DNA of 62,412 bases, counting the filler, from a bacterium (GTDB lineage: Bacteria; JAMORN01), in NCBI GenBank assembly GCA_027063545.1. It is 18 parts of 18 records of this genome, joined end to end, with 100 filler letters (N's around TTAATTAATTAA, not from the genome) between each part and the next. Parts side by side here need not be neighbours in the genome. Positions count along the whole stretch, not along the records: positions 26,831 to 36,455 come from JAMORN010000099.1; positions 36,556 to 38,117 come from JAMORN010000100.1; positions 38,218 to 39,768 come from JAMORN010000101.1; positions 39,869 to 49,384 come from JAMORN010000102.1; 14 more parts are not named here. The stretch is one strand, 5' to 3'. Of the stretch, positions 32,355 to 42,829 are shown piece by piece. The notes under the pieces are model-generated. The model made no database searches. It was not told the DNA's origin and saw nothing but the letters and a program-made list of their open reading frames with translations. Every line of letters begins with the position of its first letter. The first letter of the stretch is position 1. A program made the position numbers and the translations under genes.

Positions 32355-33278
32355 TTACAACCTTAATCGTACTTTTATACCCTTTGAATCTAAATAATAA
32401 TACAATAACGAATCAACTTTACTTTTCAATTCTAAAATATCATAATATAAACTATCATCCTTTACTAATTTTCCTACTGTACCCTCCCCACTATTAATGT
32501 ATGTTAAAATACTATCTAATGAAGAGGATATACTCTTTGCTGAAGACATTAACTCTTTTGTATCTGTTGTAATAGTATCCAAATTGGATATTATATTCAT
32601 TATATTATCCATCTTAGAGTTTAGCTGCGTTAATAATAACCTTAAATCTCTCACTGACTTATCTGTATTTACTATTATTCTATTAATTCTCCTTTTATTA
32701 GTAGATAAAATATTATTTAAATTTTCAGATGTATAAGTTAAATTATCTATAATTTTTGAAAAATTATTAGAAAATTCTTCTTTCGCAACAGTACTATCCA
32801 AAACTTTTTTTACTAAAACTAATAAAGTATCAACTTTATCTATTAAAAATCCTATACTACCTAAAGCCTCCCCTATACCCGTATGATAAATGCCTGAATA
32901 TTCTTTTTTAGGATCTAAATAATTCTCTGAATTCCCTAGTTCAATAGATATCATTCTCTCACCCATTATTCCCATAGATTCCACATAAAATTTGGAATCA
33001 TCTGGAATTTTATATTTAGAATTTATTTTTAATGTAACTAATACATCTTTATATCTTAGTTTAATACCATCAACCTTTCCAACTTTTACTCCCGAAACCC
33101 TAACTGGATCTCCTACAGTTAAAGTACCTACATTTTTAAAACTAACATTTATTATATAAAAATCTTCCCCTGGTTTATAATTCTTCAAAAACAAAATACT
33201 TAAAGTTAATATTACCACAGAAACTATAATTATTAAAGTCACCAAAACCTTTTGTTTGGCTTCTTCCTCAAAAGTCAT
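32355..33278 (-). CDS. MlaD/MCE-family protein
   Basis: TM anchor, L.VGDPVRVSGVKVGKV, GIMGE, helical tail with GEGTVGKLVKDDSLY. Confidence 0.9.
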   Translation of the reverse strand: MTFEEEAKQKVLVTLIIIVSVVILTLSILFLKNYKPGEDFYIINVSFKNVGTLTVGDPVRVSGVKVGKVDGIKLRYKDVLVTLKINSKYKIPDDSKFYVESMGIMGERMISIELGNSENYLDPKKEYSGIYHTGIGEALGSIGFLIDKVDTLLVLVKKVLDSTVAKEEFSNNFSKIIDNLTYTSENLNNILSTNKRRINRIIVNTDKSVRDLRLLLTQLNSKMDNIMNIISNLDTITTDTKELMSSAKSISSSLDSILTYINSGEGTVGKLVKDDSLYYDILELKSKVDSLLYYYLDSKGIKVRLRL

Positions 33279-33280
33279 GT

Positions 33281-33613
33281 CTATTTTTCTCCTAATATTT
33301 CTTCCAGTTTACTAATAGATATCTTTTCTATATGATGAACCTTATCATTATATTTTTTTAATTGAGTTAATAATTTATGTAAAGCATCATGAAAAGCTTT
33401 TGTTAAATATTCTGCTTTTGTAGATGCTATAAAATCTTTATGGTGAGAATGAATCATTATTTCAACCTTAAACTCATGTTTAATTTTTTCTACTATAACA
33501 GTTGCTCCTTTTGCTCCCTCTACATATGGAACTATCTTTTGTAATTCTTCTTTTATTACTTCTTCTGCTTCTGGTTTAATTTCAGTATGTCTTATTGTTA
33601 TTTTTACATCCAT
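33281..33613 (-). CDS. hpf: Ribosome hibernation factor HPF/RaiA (short form)
   Basis: ITIRH, KL..QLKKY.DK; canonical position after rpoN. Confidence 0.85.
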   Translation of the reverse strand: MDVKITIRHTEIKPEAEEVIKEELQKIVPYVEGAKGATVIVEKIKHEFKVEIMIHSHHKDFIASTKAEYLTKAFHDALHKLLTQLKKYNDKVHHIEKISISKLEEILGEK

Positions 33614-33683
33614 ACTTACTCCTCTTTTTATGGTTGTTAAATTTTCTCTTACTTTAGTAAAATAAATTATTTAATAAAATCTC

Positions 33684-35132
33684 TCAATATTTTTTTCTCA
33701 TTCTAGCTGGTGGAATTCCTAATTCATCCCTATATTTAGCAACAGTCCTTCTTGCTATTTTTATATTTTTGGAATTTAAAATATTTGCTATTTTTTCATC
33801 ACTTAATGGTTTTGACTTATCCTCATTTGCTATAATCTCTTCTATCATTTTCATTACCTCTTTAGCTGAAATATCTTCTTCTTTTTCACTATCATCTTTT
33901 GGCAATGAAGTGGAAAAAAAATCTTTTAACTTATACATTCCATAAGGGGTTAATATATATTTTGAATTTATAGCTCTACTTACAGTTGCTGTATGGACAC
34001 CTATCATTTCTGCTATATCAGCTAATGTCATAGGCTTTAAGCCTTCTCCTTTCTCAAAAAAATCTTTTTGATATTCTAATATAGCTTTTGCCACTTTTTG
34101 TAAAGTTTCTCTTCTTTGCTTTATAGAATTAATTATAAAATTAGCCTTTTCATATTTCTGAGCCAAAAATTCTTTAGCTTTTCTATCATTTTTTGAATTT
34201 ATAGAATCCTTATATTTTTTATTTATTTTTAATTTAGGTAAAAATCCTTCATTAATCTCTACTATCCATTCTCCTTTATCATCTTTTCTAACAATTATAT
34301 CAGGCTCTACATATTTATATTCATCTAAAGATGAGGTATATTTTTGGCCCGGATAAATTGGATATTTTGTTATTTCTTTTATCACCTCTTCTATTATTTT
34401 CACTGGCCTGTCTAGTTTTCTTGCCAAATCTCTTATTTTTCTCTTTTTAAAATCATCATAATATTTTTCTATTATTTCATAATGAAGAGTATTCTCCTTA
34501 CCATCTGCTTCTAATTGAGCAAGCAGTGCTTCTCGAATGTCTCTAGCACCACAACCTGTTGGTTCTAATTTCTGAATTTCTTTTAGTATTTTCTCTATCT
34601 TTTCAATGTTATCTTCCATATTTAATTGTCTTGAAATTTCCTCAATAGGTAATGTAAGAAATCCATTATCATCAATATTTCCAATAATAAACTCTGCTAT
34701 TTTCTTATCTTCCTCAGAATCAAATCTTAAATTTGCCTGTTCCAATAAATGCTCTTGTAAGCTTTTCGAATTTTTCACAAATCTTTCTATTTCATATTTT
34801 TCCTCATCTTCCTTTGTGATTCTTTCTTGTAAATATGATGTATCATACTCTTCTAATTCATAACTATCTTCTATTACATCCCACTCTACTTCTTCTTTAT
34901 CCTCTTTAATCTCTAGCTCTTTTTCTGGATCCTCATATTTTTGCTCCTCTATAACTCCCTCAGTCTCTTTAAAATCCTCATCCAACTCTAAAACAGGATT
35001 TTCCTCTAATTCATTTTTAATTTCTTGCTCTAAACTTTGAATATTCATTTGTAAAAGTTTTAAAGCATTAATCTGTTGAGGTGCAATTCTTTGTTCTAAT
35101 CTTTGTTGTTGACTTTGTCTTATATCTAACAT
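33684..35132 (-). CDS. rpoN: RNA polymerase sigma-54 factor
   Basis: Gln-rich region I, EENPVLE, H.ATVSRA, PLSD, RpoN box ARRTVAKYR. Confidence 0.97.
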   Translation of the reverse strand: MLDIRQSQQQRLEQRIAPQQINALKLLQMNIQSLEQEIKNELEENPVLELDEDFKETEGVIEEQKYEDPEKELEIKEDKEEVEWDVIEDSYELEEYDTSYLQERITKEDEEKYEIERFVKNSKSLQEHLLEQANLRFDSEEDKKIAEFIIGNIDDNGFLTLPIEEISRQLNMEDNIEKIEKILKEIQKLEPTGCGARDIREALLAQLEADGKENTLHYEIIEKYYDDFKKRKIRDLARKLDRPVKIIEEVIKEITKYPIYPGQKYTSSLDEYKYVEPDIIVRKDDKGEWIVEINEGFLPKLKINKKYKDSINSKNDRKAKEFLAQKYEKANFIINSIKQRRETLQKVAKAILEYQKDFFEKGEGLKPMTLADIAEMIGVHTATVSRAINSKYILTPYGMYKLKDFFSTSLPKDDSEKEEDISAKEVMKMIEEIIANEDKSKPLSDEKIANILNSKNIKIARRTVAKYRDELGIPPARMRKKY

Positions 35133-35145
35133 ACTTCTTCCTTTT

Positions 35146-35868
35146 TTATACTATTAATTTAAATTTTTCTCCTAAATATATTTTTTTCACCTCTTCATCT
35201 TCGGCGAGCTCTTTGGGTTTACCCTTTTTTAAAATCTTCCCTTGATATATAATATAAGAATAATCTGTAATTCTTAAAGTCTCATAAACATTATGATCTG
35301 TTATTAAAATACCTATACCTTTCTCTTTTAATTTAAATATTACCTCTTGAATATCCTCAACTGCTATAGGATCAACCCCTGCAAAAGGTTCATCTAACAA
35401 AATAAAAGAGGGATTTGTTACCAAGGTTCTTGTTATTTCTAACCTTCTTCTTTCACCACCAGATAATGTATAAGCTTTACTTTTAGCCAAGTGGGCAATT
35501 CCTAACTCTTCCAAATACTTATAGGCTATATCTCTTCTTTCTTTTTTATTTACTCCAATTAATTCTAGTACTGCTATAATATTTTCTTCCACAGTTAATT
35601 TTCTAAAAATAGAAGGTTCTTGAGGTAAATATCCTATTCCCATTCTCGCCCTTTTATACATAGGAAATTTTGTTATATCTCTGTTATCTATATAAATATT
35701 TCCCGATGTAGGCCTTACAATACCAACTATCATATAAAATGTTGTGGTTTTACCAGCACCATTGGGGCCTAAAAGTCCTATAATTTCACCTTTTTTTAAT
35801 GTTAAACTTAAATTATCAACAACTTTTCTATTCCCATATATTTTTATTAAATTTTTTGCTTCTAACAT
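35146..35868 (-). CDS. lptB: LPS export ABC transporter ATPase
   Basis: GPNGAGKTTTFYM, YLPQEPSIFRKL, LSGGERRR, DEPFAGVDP, ITDHNV. Confidence 0.97.
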   Translation of the reverse strand: MLEAKNLIKIYGNRKVVDNLSLTLKKGEIIGLLGPNGAGKTTTFYMIVGIVRPTSGNIYIDNRDITKFPMYKRARMGIGYLPQEPSIFRKLTVEENIIAVLELIGVNKKERRDIAYKYLEELGIAHLAKSKAYTLSGGERRRLEITRTLVTNPSFILLDEPFAGVDPIAVEDIQEVIFKLKEKGIGILITDHNVYETLRITDYSYIIYQGKILKKGKPKELAEDEEVKKIYLGEKFKLIV

Positions 35869-35875
35869 ATATATT

Positions 35876-36455
35876 TTAATTTCTCTTTATTTTTATTATC
35901 TTCCCTTCTATAGCACCTTCTAAATTCATTTTTATTGGTTTTGATTCTTTAAATTTTACAAAAAAAGAATCACACGTTACTATATTAAGCCATTCTACTT
36001 TTTTTTCTATTTTATATATACCCAATTCTGCTTGAACGTAAACTTTTAATATATTAATGTTGTTATTTTCAAAATCTATAAACGCCTCTTCTCCTTTAAA
36101 ATAATTTTTTTTATCTATATTTTCATTAGTATATAAGTAGTAAACTACATTTTTTTTGATAATAATATTTTTTATTATATTTGAATCTAACAGGCTTATA
36201 TTTAATGTATCTCCAAAAAAATCTCCATATTCAATTAAAGAATCTCTCTTAATTCTTTTATAGTTTCCCTTAATCTCACCTATAATTAACACATTATTTA
36301 TATTAGAATTTTTAAAATTAATCCTCATAAAGTCGCCTGTTAATATATAGATTAAGCTGTCATTTTTACTATTTACATAAACATTTTTAAATAATTTTAA
36401 AGAATCCAGAGTTCTTGTTTTCCTATTAAAATATCCTATTATAAATTTTGAGGTA
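35876..36455 (-). CDS. C-terminal part of OstA/LptA-like beta-jellyroll protein
   Basis: Frame is open from the contig end at 36455; repeated G-D-x-[LM] beta motifs; immediately upstream of lptB. Confidence 0.55.
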
Positions 36456-36555
36456 NNNNNNNNNNNNNNNNNNNNNNNNNNNNNNNNNNNNNNNNNNNNT
36501 TAATTAATTAANNNNNNNNNNNNNNNNNNNNNNNNNNNNNNNNNNNNNNNNNNNN

Positions 36556-36996
36556 ATGATATACAAGTTTGAAACCAATTCCAAACTTTCCAATATATTT
36601 TCTTGTTTCAGTTGGGCTATTTTCATTATTAGAGCTTTTAGTTGACTGTCCAACATTACATATCGATTTTATATTATCTTCTGAAAATGGTTTTCCATTA
36701 TTAACAAAAAGAAGGTATTTATCATTATAATATACTAGTAACTTATCCGCGTCTGCATCATCTGCATTCTGCATTAATTCATAGATTATTTGATAGTCTC
36801 CCGTTAAGTTTATTTCCTTATTTAAAAAACTTTCAATATTTCTTTTATCTCCATGAACTATATGAAAAAATTTTTTTATATTAATTGACATTTCATTCTG
36901 CTTTTCTTCTGATAACTCTTTACCTATTTCATGGTCTTTAATCCAATTTTTCCTAAAATTTCTTATATTTTTCACTTTCATGATGTCCCCCACCAA
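36556..36996 (-). CDS. Sacsin-like N-terminal GHKL ATPase domain protein (3' end cut)
   Basis: IYELMQNADDA, NNGKPFS, SICNVGQSTK, IGKFGIGFK; ATG at 36981 is an alternative start. Confidence 0.85.
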
Positions 36997-37152
36997 TTTA
37001 GGCTAATTATTCAATATCCCCATCAAAAAACTAATAAATTTTTATAAATTTTTATTGAAATATATGCTTTGCTATTCTATTCTCTATCACATGAATTTCC
37101 TTTAAAAACCTACTACTTCCTATTTCTCTCCATTTCCTAACACCATTTTCCT

Positions 37153-37577
37153 CTACCCATCCACCTGTTTAAACCTGATTTTAATCCTTCTATCCGACAC
37201 TATTCTTTCCCCATTAACAAATACTCTAAAAAAAGGGACTCCTTTAAAACATGGTTTTATATACAATTTTATTTCCATATTCTTTAAGAAATTATCAAAC
37301 CTCTCTTTTAACAGTTCATCATCTTTTATTTTTTGATAAACCCTAACTAATGCAATTGTTAAAGTATCAACGATTAATTTATCATCAACCAAAACACCGA
37401 CAATCTTTTCATTTTCGTCTTCAATTTTATTAATATCAGCACTTCATCAGATAAATCTAATTCCCTTATCCCCTCAAATTTTTTAATAATATAACTTTTA
37501 ACTTCTTCATCATTCCCAACACTCAATATGCTCTTCTCTTCTTCAATTCTTTCAAACAAATCTTCTTTATTTATCAT
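37153..37577 (-). pseudogene. Frameshifted hypothetical gene
   Basis: GGAGGTGA SD before ATG 37577; adding one A in the run near 37425 joins the two track ORFs (..LILIK-IEDENEKIVGVLVDDK..). Confidence 0.6.
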
Positions 37578-37628
37578 AAATATCACCTCCAAAATTAAAT
37601 TATCGTTATCATCTAAACTAATAATTAT

Positions 37629-38101
37629 CAAAGAAACAAATCATTAAGCCCCAATTTCCTCAAATCATATATGGTTATATCCTTAACCTCACTCAATTTC
37701 TTTTCTACCCCTCTTAACTCTTCAACCTCTTTATGTTATTATATAAAATATATCCTTTTCTGATTCTCTAACAATGCCCCTAATAATCTTCATTAACTCC
37801 TTATCAAAGTATCTAACACCTATCTTAGATGATTTAGGTAGATTTTCTCTAATATTCAACAATGTCTCAATAATATCATACTCTCTAACTTCAAACCATT
37901 ATTCCTCAAAATTTTAAAAATTATATGGTTATACATTTCCTTGCCACCATCTTTCTTCAATTCCTTTGCATAATCATGCAGCAAACACATAGACGCCAAA
38001 TTTTTTATAAACTTAAACTCATACTCTCCAATGTTGTCAATAAAGTTATAATACCAATCAAAATATAGGGATTCAATTAAATCTTTAATTTCATCTGACA
38101 A
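37629..38101 (-). pseudogene. Multiply frameshifted hypothetical gene remnant
   Basis: Protein-like text continues across frames: ..KILRNN / WFEVREYDIIETLLNIRENLPK..EVEELR / RVEKKLSEVKDITIYDLRKLGLNDLFL*. Confidence 0.45.
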
Positions 38102-38301
38102 TTTTTCCCTTTCTTTTNNNNNNNNNNNNNNNNNNNNNNNNNNNNNNNNNNNNNNNNNNNNTTAATTAATTAANNNNNNNNNNNNNNNNNNNNNNNNNNN
38201 NNNNNNNNNNNNNNNNNAAATCATTTATTGACTTATAAGGATAATTTTTTTAAATCTATAGAACTAATATATTATTTTCATTTTTATCAAAGGGGATAAA
38301 A

Positions 38302-39441
38302 ATGGGGGAATTTAAATCAAGAACAGCGTTTATTATAACAGATAAAAGAGCAAAAGTATTTGTAGAAAATGGAAATATAAAGGTTCGCTATATAAAAAAT
38401 GAAGAAGATATAAAGGCAGAGGAGAGGACTTTTAGGCCACATGAGATAAGCCAGATAATTACAATAGGTAAAGTAGATATAACAGGTGATGCACTTAATC
38501 TTATTATGAAAGAGAAGATAGAGTTAATATTTTTAAATAGAAATGGGAAGTTTATTTCTAAACTAATGCCTTCCACTTCAAAAAATGTTTTTTTAAGAAT
38601 AAAACAATATAAGAGATTAGAAGATAAAGAGTTTATATTAGAGTTTTCCAAATCTATTATTAGAGCTAAGATAAAAAATCAGATAGTAAATTTAAGAAAA
38701 AATGCTTCCAATAGAAATTTTTACAATGATAGATCTAATTATGAAATTATTATAAGAAAATTAGAGAATTTAAGAGAGATGATAATGAGAGCAGATAATA
38801 TAGATAAGGTTAGGGCATTAGAAGGTCAAGCTTCAAAATTATATTTTAAATTATTTGGAAGATTAATAGAGCCAGAATGGGCAGTTTTTAGAGGACGTAC
38901 AAAACATCCACCAAGAGATAATGTGAATGCAGTATTAAGTTTTCTTTATAGTGTTATATTGACAAGGATAATAGGAGCCATAGAGAGTGTAGGCCTTGAT
39001 CCTTATGCAGGCTTTTTTCATAAAATCCATTATGGACATCCCACTTTGGCTTTTGATTTAATAGAGGAGTTTAGAGTACCTTTAGGAGATCAAGTTTGTA
39101 CAACTTTATTTAATAAAAAAGTTTTAAAACCAGAGGATTTTAGAGAGAATTTATTTAATGTAAATAGTGATGATTATCCTTTAGATAACTCTGATAGTGA
39201 AGATGAAATAGAGATTATAGGAGATGGAGTTAAAGGAGTATTATTAAATGAGGAAGGTGTAAAAAAGGTTGTTAAAAATTTAAGTACAAAATTAACGTCT
39301 GAAAGGAATTATCATAATAAATTATTAGGTGATAAAAGAGTTTCTTTTGATAAAATAATTTTATATCAAGTAGAAAGTTTAAAAGAAGTTATACTTAATT
39401 ATCCAGATGTACCTATGTATGCAGGGATAACAATGCGATGA
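38302..39441 (+). CDS. cas1: CRISPR-associated endonuclease Cas1
   Basis: LEGQAS..YF, FRGR..HPPRDNVNAVLSFLY, GLDPYAGFFH, LAFDLIEEFR. Confidence 0.96.
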   Translation: MGEFKSRTAFIITDKRAKVFVENGNIKVRYIKNEEDIKAEERTFRPHEISQIITIGKVDITGDALNLIMKEKIELIFLNRNGKFISKLMPSTSKNVFLRIKQYKRLEDKEFILEFSKSIIRAKIKNQIVNLRKNASNRNFYNDRSNYEIIIRKLENLREMIMRADNIDKVRALEGQASKLYFKLFGRLIEPEWAVFRGRTKHPPRDNVNAVLSFLYSVILTRIIGAIESVGLDPYAGFFHKIHYGHPTLAFDLIEEFRVPLGDQVCTTLFNKKVLKPEDFRENLFNVNSDDYPLDNSDSEDEIEIIGDGVKGVLLNEEGVKKVVKNLSTKLTSERNYHNKLLGDKRVSFDKIILYQVESLKEVILNYPDVPMYAGITMR

Positions 39442-39713
39442 AGTATTTATTTTGTTATGATATAAGAGATGAAAAAAGATTAAGGCATGTTGCAAAGATT
39501 ATTGAAAAGTATGGTATAAGAATACAATACTCTTTTTTTGAAATAATAGCTGAAGAAGAATTAAAAGAGAGGATAAAAAATGAGATAATAGCAGAGATGA
39601 ATTTAAAGGAGGATAGTTTATATATTTATCATTTATGTAATAGATGTATGAAGCAAGTTTTAACAGATGGAGTAAAAATAGAATTTGATAGGGGAGATTT
39701 ATTTATTTTTTAA
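39438..39713 (+). CDS. cas2: CRISPR-associated endoribonuclease Cas2
   Basis: YDIRDEKRL, YGIRIQYSFFE, EDSLYIY.LC..C; ATGA overlap with cas1. Confidence 0.95.
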   Translation: MKYLFCYDIRDEKRLRHVAKIIEKYGIRIQYSFFEIIAEEELKERIKNEIIAEMNLKEDSLYIYHLCNRCMKQVLTDGVKIEFDRGDLFIF

Positions 39714-39868
39714 AAATAAGGATTTAAGTTTATGGCACATAGAGAATTTTATTATATAATAATTTATGNNNNNNNNNNNNNNNNNNNNNNNNNNNNNNNN
39801 NNNNNNNNNNNNTTAATTAATTAANNNNNNNNNNNNNNNNNNNNNNNNNNNNNNNNNNNNNNNNNNNN

Positions 39869-40134
39869 CTTGTGTAAAATCAGCAATAATTCATATGACT
39901 AAATATATGGCTAAATATTTTAGAGGTTACAACATAAGGTTTAATTGTATAAGTCCAGGAGGGATTTTTGACCAACAACCGAAAAAATTTTTAGAAATGT
40001 ATAAAAATTATACTCTTAATAAAGGTATACTAGATAAAGCGGATATAGTTGGTACTTTAATATTTCTTTTAAGCGATTTAAGTAAATATATAAACGGACA
40101 AAACATTATTGTTGATGATGGTTTTTGTTTATAA
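39869..40134 (+). CDS. SDR oxidoreductase C-terminal fragment (PtmA-like)
   Basis: KSAIIHMTKYMAKY, NCISPGGI, YINGQNIIVDDGF. Confidence 0.8.
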
Positions 40135-40188
40135 TAAAAAGTATCTTTATGTTAGTTTGGTAATTTACAGTATTCGAGATTTAAAAAT

Positions 40189-41466
40189 ATGAAAATGAAG
40201 TTTAAAACCATTAACTATCTAAGAGTGGCTAATGCATTTATTAATATTATTAATTATTCCTTAAGAGGATTTTTCTTTATTTTAGGAGCAAGGTATTTAA
40301 GTATTCATGATTTAGGTATGTTAGGTGTAATATTTTCATATAATTCAATTTTTGTTTTTTTCCTTGGATTTGAATATTGGTATTTCTTTAACAGAAAGTA
40401 TGCTGAATATATAGCTTTTGCAAAGTTTAATGATTTTAAAGTATTCTTCTTAAATCAATTTTATTTTTATATACTAGTGTATCTGATATTTTTACCTATA
40501 ATTTTCTTCTTTTTTGAACTAAGATTTAAATTGGGTTTGGTTTTATGTATTGGAGTAATATCTTTTCATTTAATACAGGAAATCTCTAGAATATGGATAT
40601 ATCTAAATAGACAAATACTTTCTTCTCTTACGACCTTATCTTTAGCTATTTGGACAATTCCAGTGTATATTTTATGGTTAAATGGAAGATTGATTTCTTT
40701 GCAGAATATTGTATATATATATGTTTCAAGCTTATTTTTTTGTATGCTTTTTTGGATGTCAATACTGATAAAAGTTATTAACCTAAATCCTCTGGAAATA
40801 TTAAAATTTAGAGAATTTTTTAGATTTTCCATTCATAAAAAAGCAATAAAGTTGTCTTTTTGGATATTACTTTCTGTTCTTTGTTATAGAATAGTTGAAT
40901 TATCCCCTCGTTTATTTGCAGATTTTCTAAGAAATTATGAGTTGGCAGGGGCTATTACTTTTTATCAATCTTTTGGTTCTCTCATCACTAGCTTTGTATA
41001 TCATATCGTTTCAGTCTTCTTTTTGCCTAAAATGTTAAGAAAGGTGGACTATAATGAATTTAAAACGGTCATTAAAGAACTTAAATTTGAGCTAATAAAA
41101 TATTCTTTTTTATTTTTTATTGTGTCCGCTGTTTCTCCTTTTGTTTTTGTAAAAATTTTTAACTTAAAACAAGAATATGTGGATTTTTGGTATTTGAGCT
41201 TCGTTTTCGCTTTTGCTTATTTTGTACTAAGTCTTTCTACTTATTACTCATATGTATCTTATGTTAGAAATTTAGATGAGGTAAATTATTTATCCAATAT
41301 ATTATCTTTTATTTTTGTTTTCTTAACGTATGTTATAATGTATCTGTTGAAGATAAATGTTATAATAATAATAACAATAGCTTTTTTTATTTTTTCATTT
41401 TCACAATATTTATTTAAAAGTCTTTTTTATAGGAGGTACGAAAGTAATGAAAGTAGCCTTTTTTGA
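40189..41466 (+). CDS. wzx: Wzx-like polysaccharide flippase
   Basis: About 12 hydrophobic segments; position in glycan cluster. Confidence 0.65.
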   Translation: MKMKFKTINYLRVANAFINIINYSLRGFFFILGARYLSIHDLGMLGVIFSYNSIFVFFLGFEYWYFFNRKYAEYIAFAKFNDFKVFFLNQFYFYILVYLIFLPIIFFFFELRFKLGLVLCIGVISFHLIQEISRIWIYLNRQILSSLTTLSLAIWTIPVYILWLNGRLISLQNIVYIYVSSLFFCMLFWMSILIKVINLNPLEILKFREFFRFSIHKKAIKLSFWILLSVLCYRIVELSPRLFADFLRNYELAGAITFYQSFGSLITSFVYHIVSVFFLPKMLRKVDYNEFKTVIKELKFELIKYSFLFFIVSAVSPFVFVKIFNLKQEYVDFWYLSFVFAFAYFVLSLSTYYSYVSYVRNLDEVNYLSNILSFIFVFLTYVIMYLLKINVIIIITIAFFIFSFSQYLFKSLFYRRYESNESSLF

Positions 41467-42829
41467 TAATGGTAATTTAAGTATATTATTTTCTTTCATA
41501 TCCAACTATTTAAATAGTAAAGGAATTAAGTCTTATATTTTAACTCTTTCAAAGAGGAAAAAGTTTTTCTTAGAAAGAAAGTTCAATACTCAGAATGTTT
41601 TTTATCTTGATTTTTCTAATGCTGATCCTGCTGAAGGTAAGAGAATATTAATGGATATTGAAAATAGAATGAATGAATTTAGACTTTATAAAGCAATATA
41701 CATGGATAGAGTTTTAAAATATGGAAATGAATTGAAAGTAAAGGAATATTTATACAATTTTGCGTCGGTATTAGATAAATTCATTCAAGAAAATGATATA
41801 TCTGTTATTTTTGGTGAAGTTACCTGGGCAATAGAGTATATAGCGTATTTCATAATGTTATATAGGAATAAAAAATATTTTGTTCCTATGAATAACTATG
41901 TTATTCCTGGAAAATTTAGTTTTTTAGATTATAAAAATACTAAGTCTTTTATAAAGAAACAACCAATAACTAAGGATTATGAGGTGGCTAGAACTATATA
42001 TCTTCAGAGGAAATCTACTGATATAAATAAACAGGCTAAGTTTTTACAAACTTATATGCCTCCAAACTTTAGAGATCGATTTTCTGTTTTAATTAACTCT
42101 TGGAATTTAGAAGATTATAGATATTCCTTGAAATTAAAATTAAGAATATTGAATCAATATAAAAATAGATTAATTATAAATAAGCTTAGTAATAGTTTGT
42201 TTTTAACGATGGCAGATTTAAAAAAAACACAAAAATATGCAATTTACCTTCTTCATATTCAACCAGAAGCTACTCCAGATGTGGTTTCTACAGAATATAA
42301 TGATCAACTTAGACTAATAGAAGTCATAAGGAATGTTTTACCTTCAGATATTCTTTTGCTTGTAAAGGAACATCCAAATGGTATAGGAAGCAGAAATATT
42401 TCTACTTTGAAAAAAATTAAAAATATTCCGGGAGTAGAATTAATACATCCTAAGATACTGATGAAAGAATTATTTCCTTATATTAGTATTACTTTTACAA
42501 TCGCGGGAACAGTTTCTTTTGAAAGTTCTATAAATGGAATACCTGCTATCATTTTTTCAGATATATATCTTGATATATTCCCCCTAATTAAAAAAGAGTT
42601 CTCGTTTAAAAATTTAGCAAATACTATAATGGAGCAGTTAAAATTGGCTAATAGAGTATATTTTCAAAGTGAGATTGAAGACCAGAATATTGAAGCAATA
42701 GCAAAAATCAATGCTAATACTTTTGATGGTAAGATTTATGATCCTTTGTTAAGTAAAGATGTATTATTTAGAGATAATTTAGAAAATATTTCAAACGCTT
42801 TTTATAGATTTATAAAAAATGAAATTTAA
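41447..42829 (+). CDS. Capsule polysaccharide biosynthesis protein (KpsS-like ulosonic acid transferase)
   Basis: LHIQPEAT, VKEHP, TIAGTVSFES..GIP motifs. Confidence 0.7.
   Translation: MKVAFFDNGNLSILFSFISNYLNSKGIKSYILTLSKRKKFFLERKFNTQNVFYLDFSNADPAEGKRILMDIENRMNEFRLYKAIYMDRVLKYGNELKVKEYLYNFASVLDKFIQENDISVIFGEVTWAIEYIAYFIMLYRNKKYFVPMNNYVIPGKFSFLDYKNTKSFIKKQPITKDYEVARTIYLQRKSTDINKQAKFLQTYMPPNFRDRFSVLINSWNLEDYRYSLKLKLRILNQYKNRLIINKLSNSLFLTMADLKKTQKYAIYLLHIQPEATPDVVSTEYNDQLRLIEVIRNVLPSDILLLVKEHPNGIGSRNISTLKKIKNIPGVELIHPKILMKELFPYISITFTIAGTVSFESSINGIPAIIFSDIYLDIFPLIKKEFSFKNLANTIMEQLKLANRVYFQSEIEDQNIEAIAKINANTFDGKIYDPLLSKDVLFRDNLENISNAFYRFIKNEI

Noticed and set aside
36556..39768. Sacsin-like ATPase as a CRISPR-associated accessory gene
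   Set aside because: It is on a different contig piece from cas1-cas2 (spacer at 38118-38217)
39714..39768. CRISPR array or sigma-54 promoter (TGGCAC at 39733) after cas2
   Set aside because: No repeats visible, and the -12 TTGC element is missing
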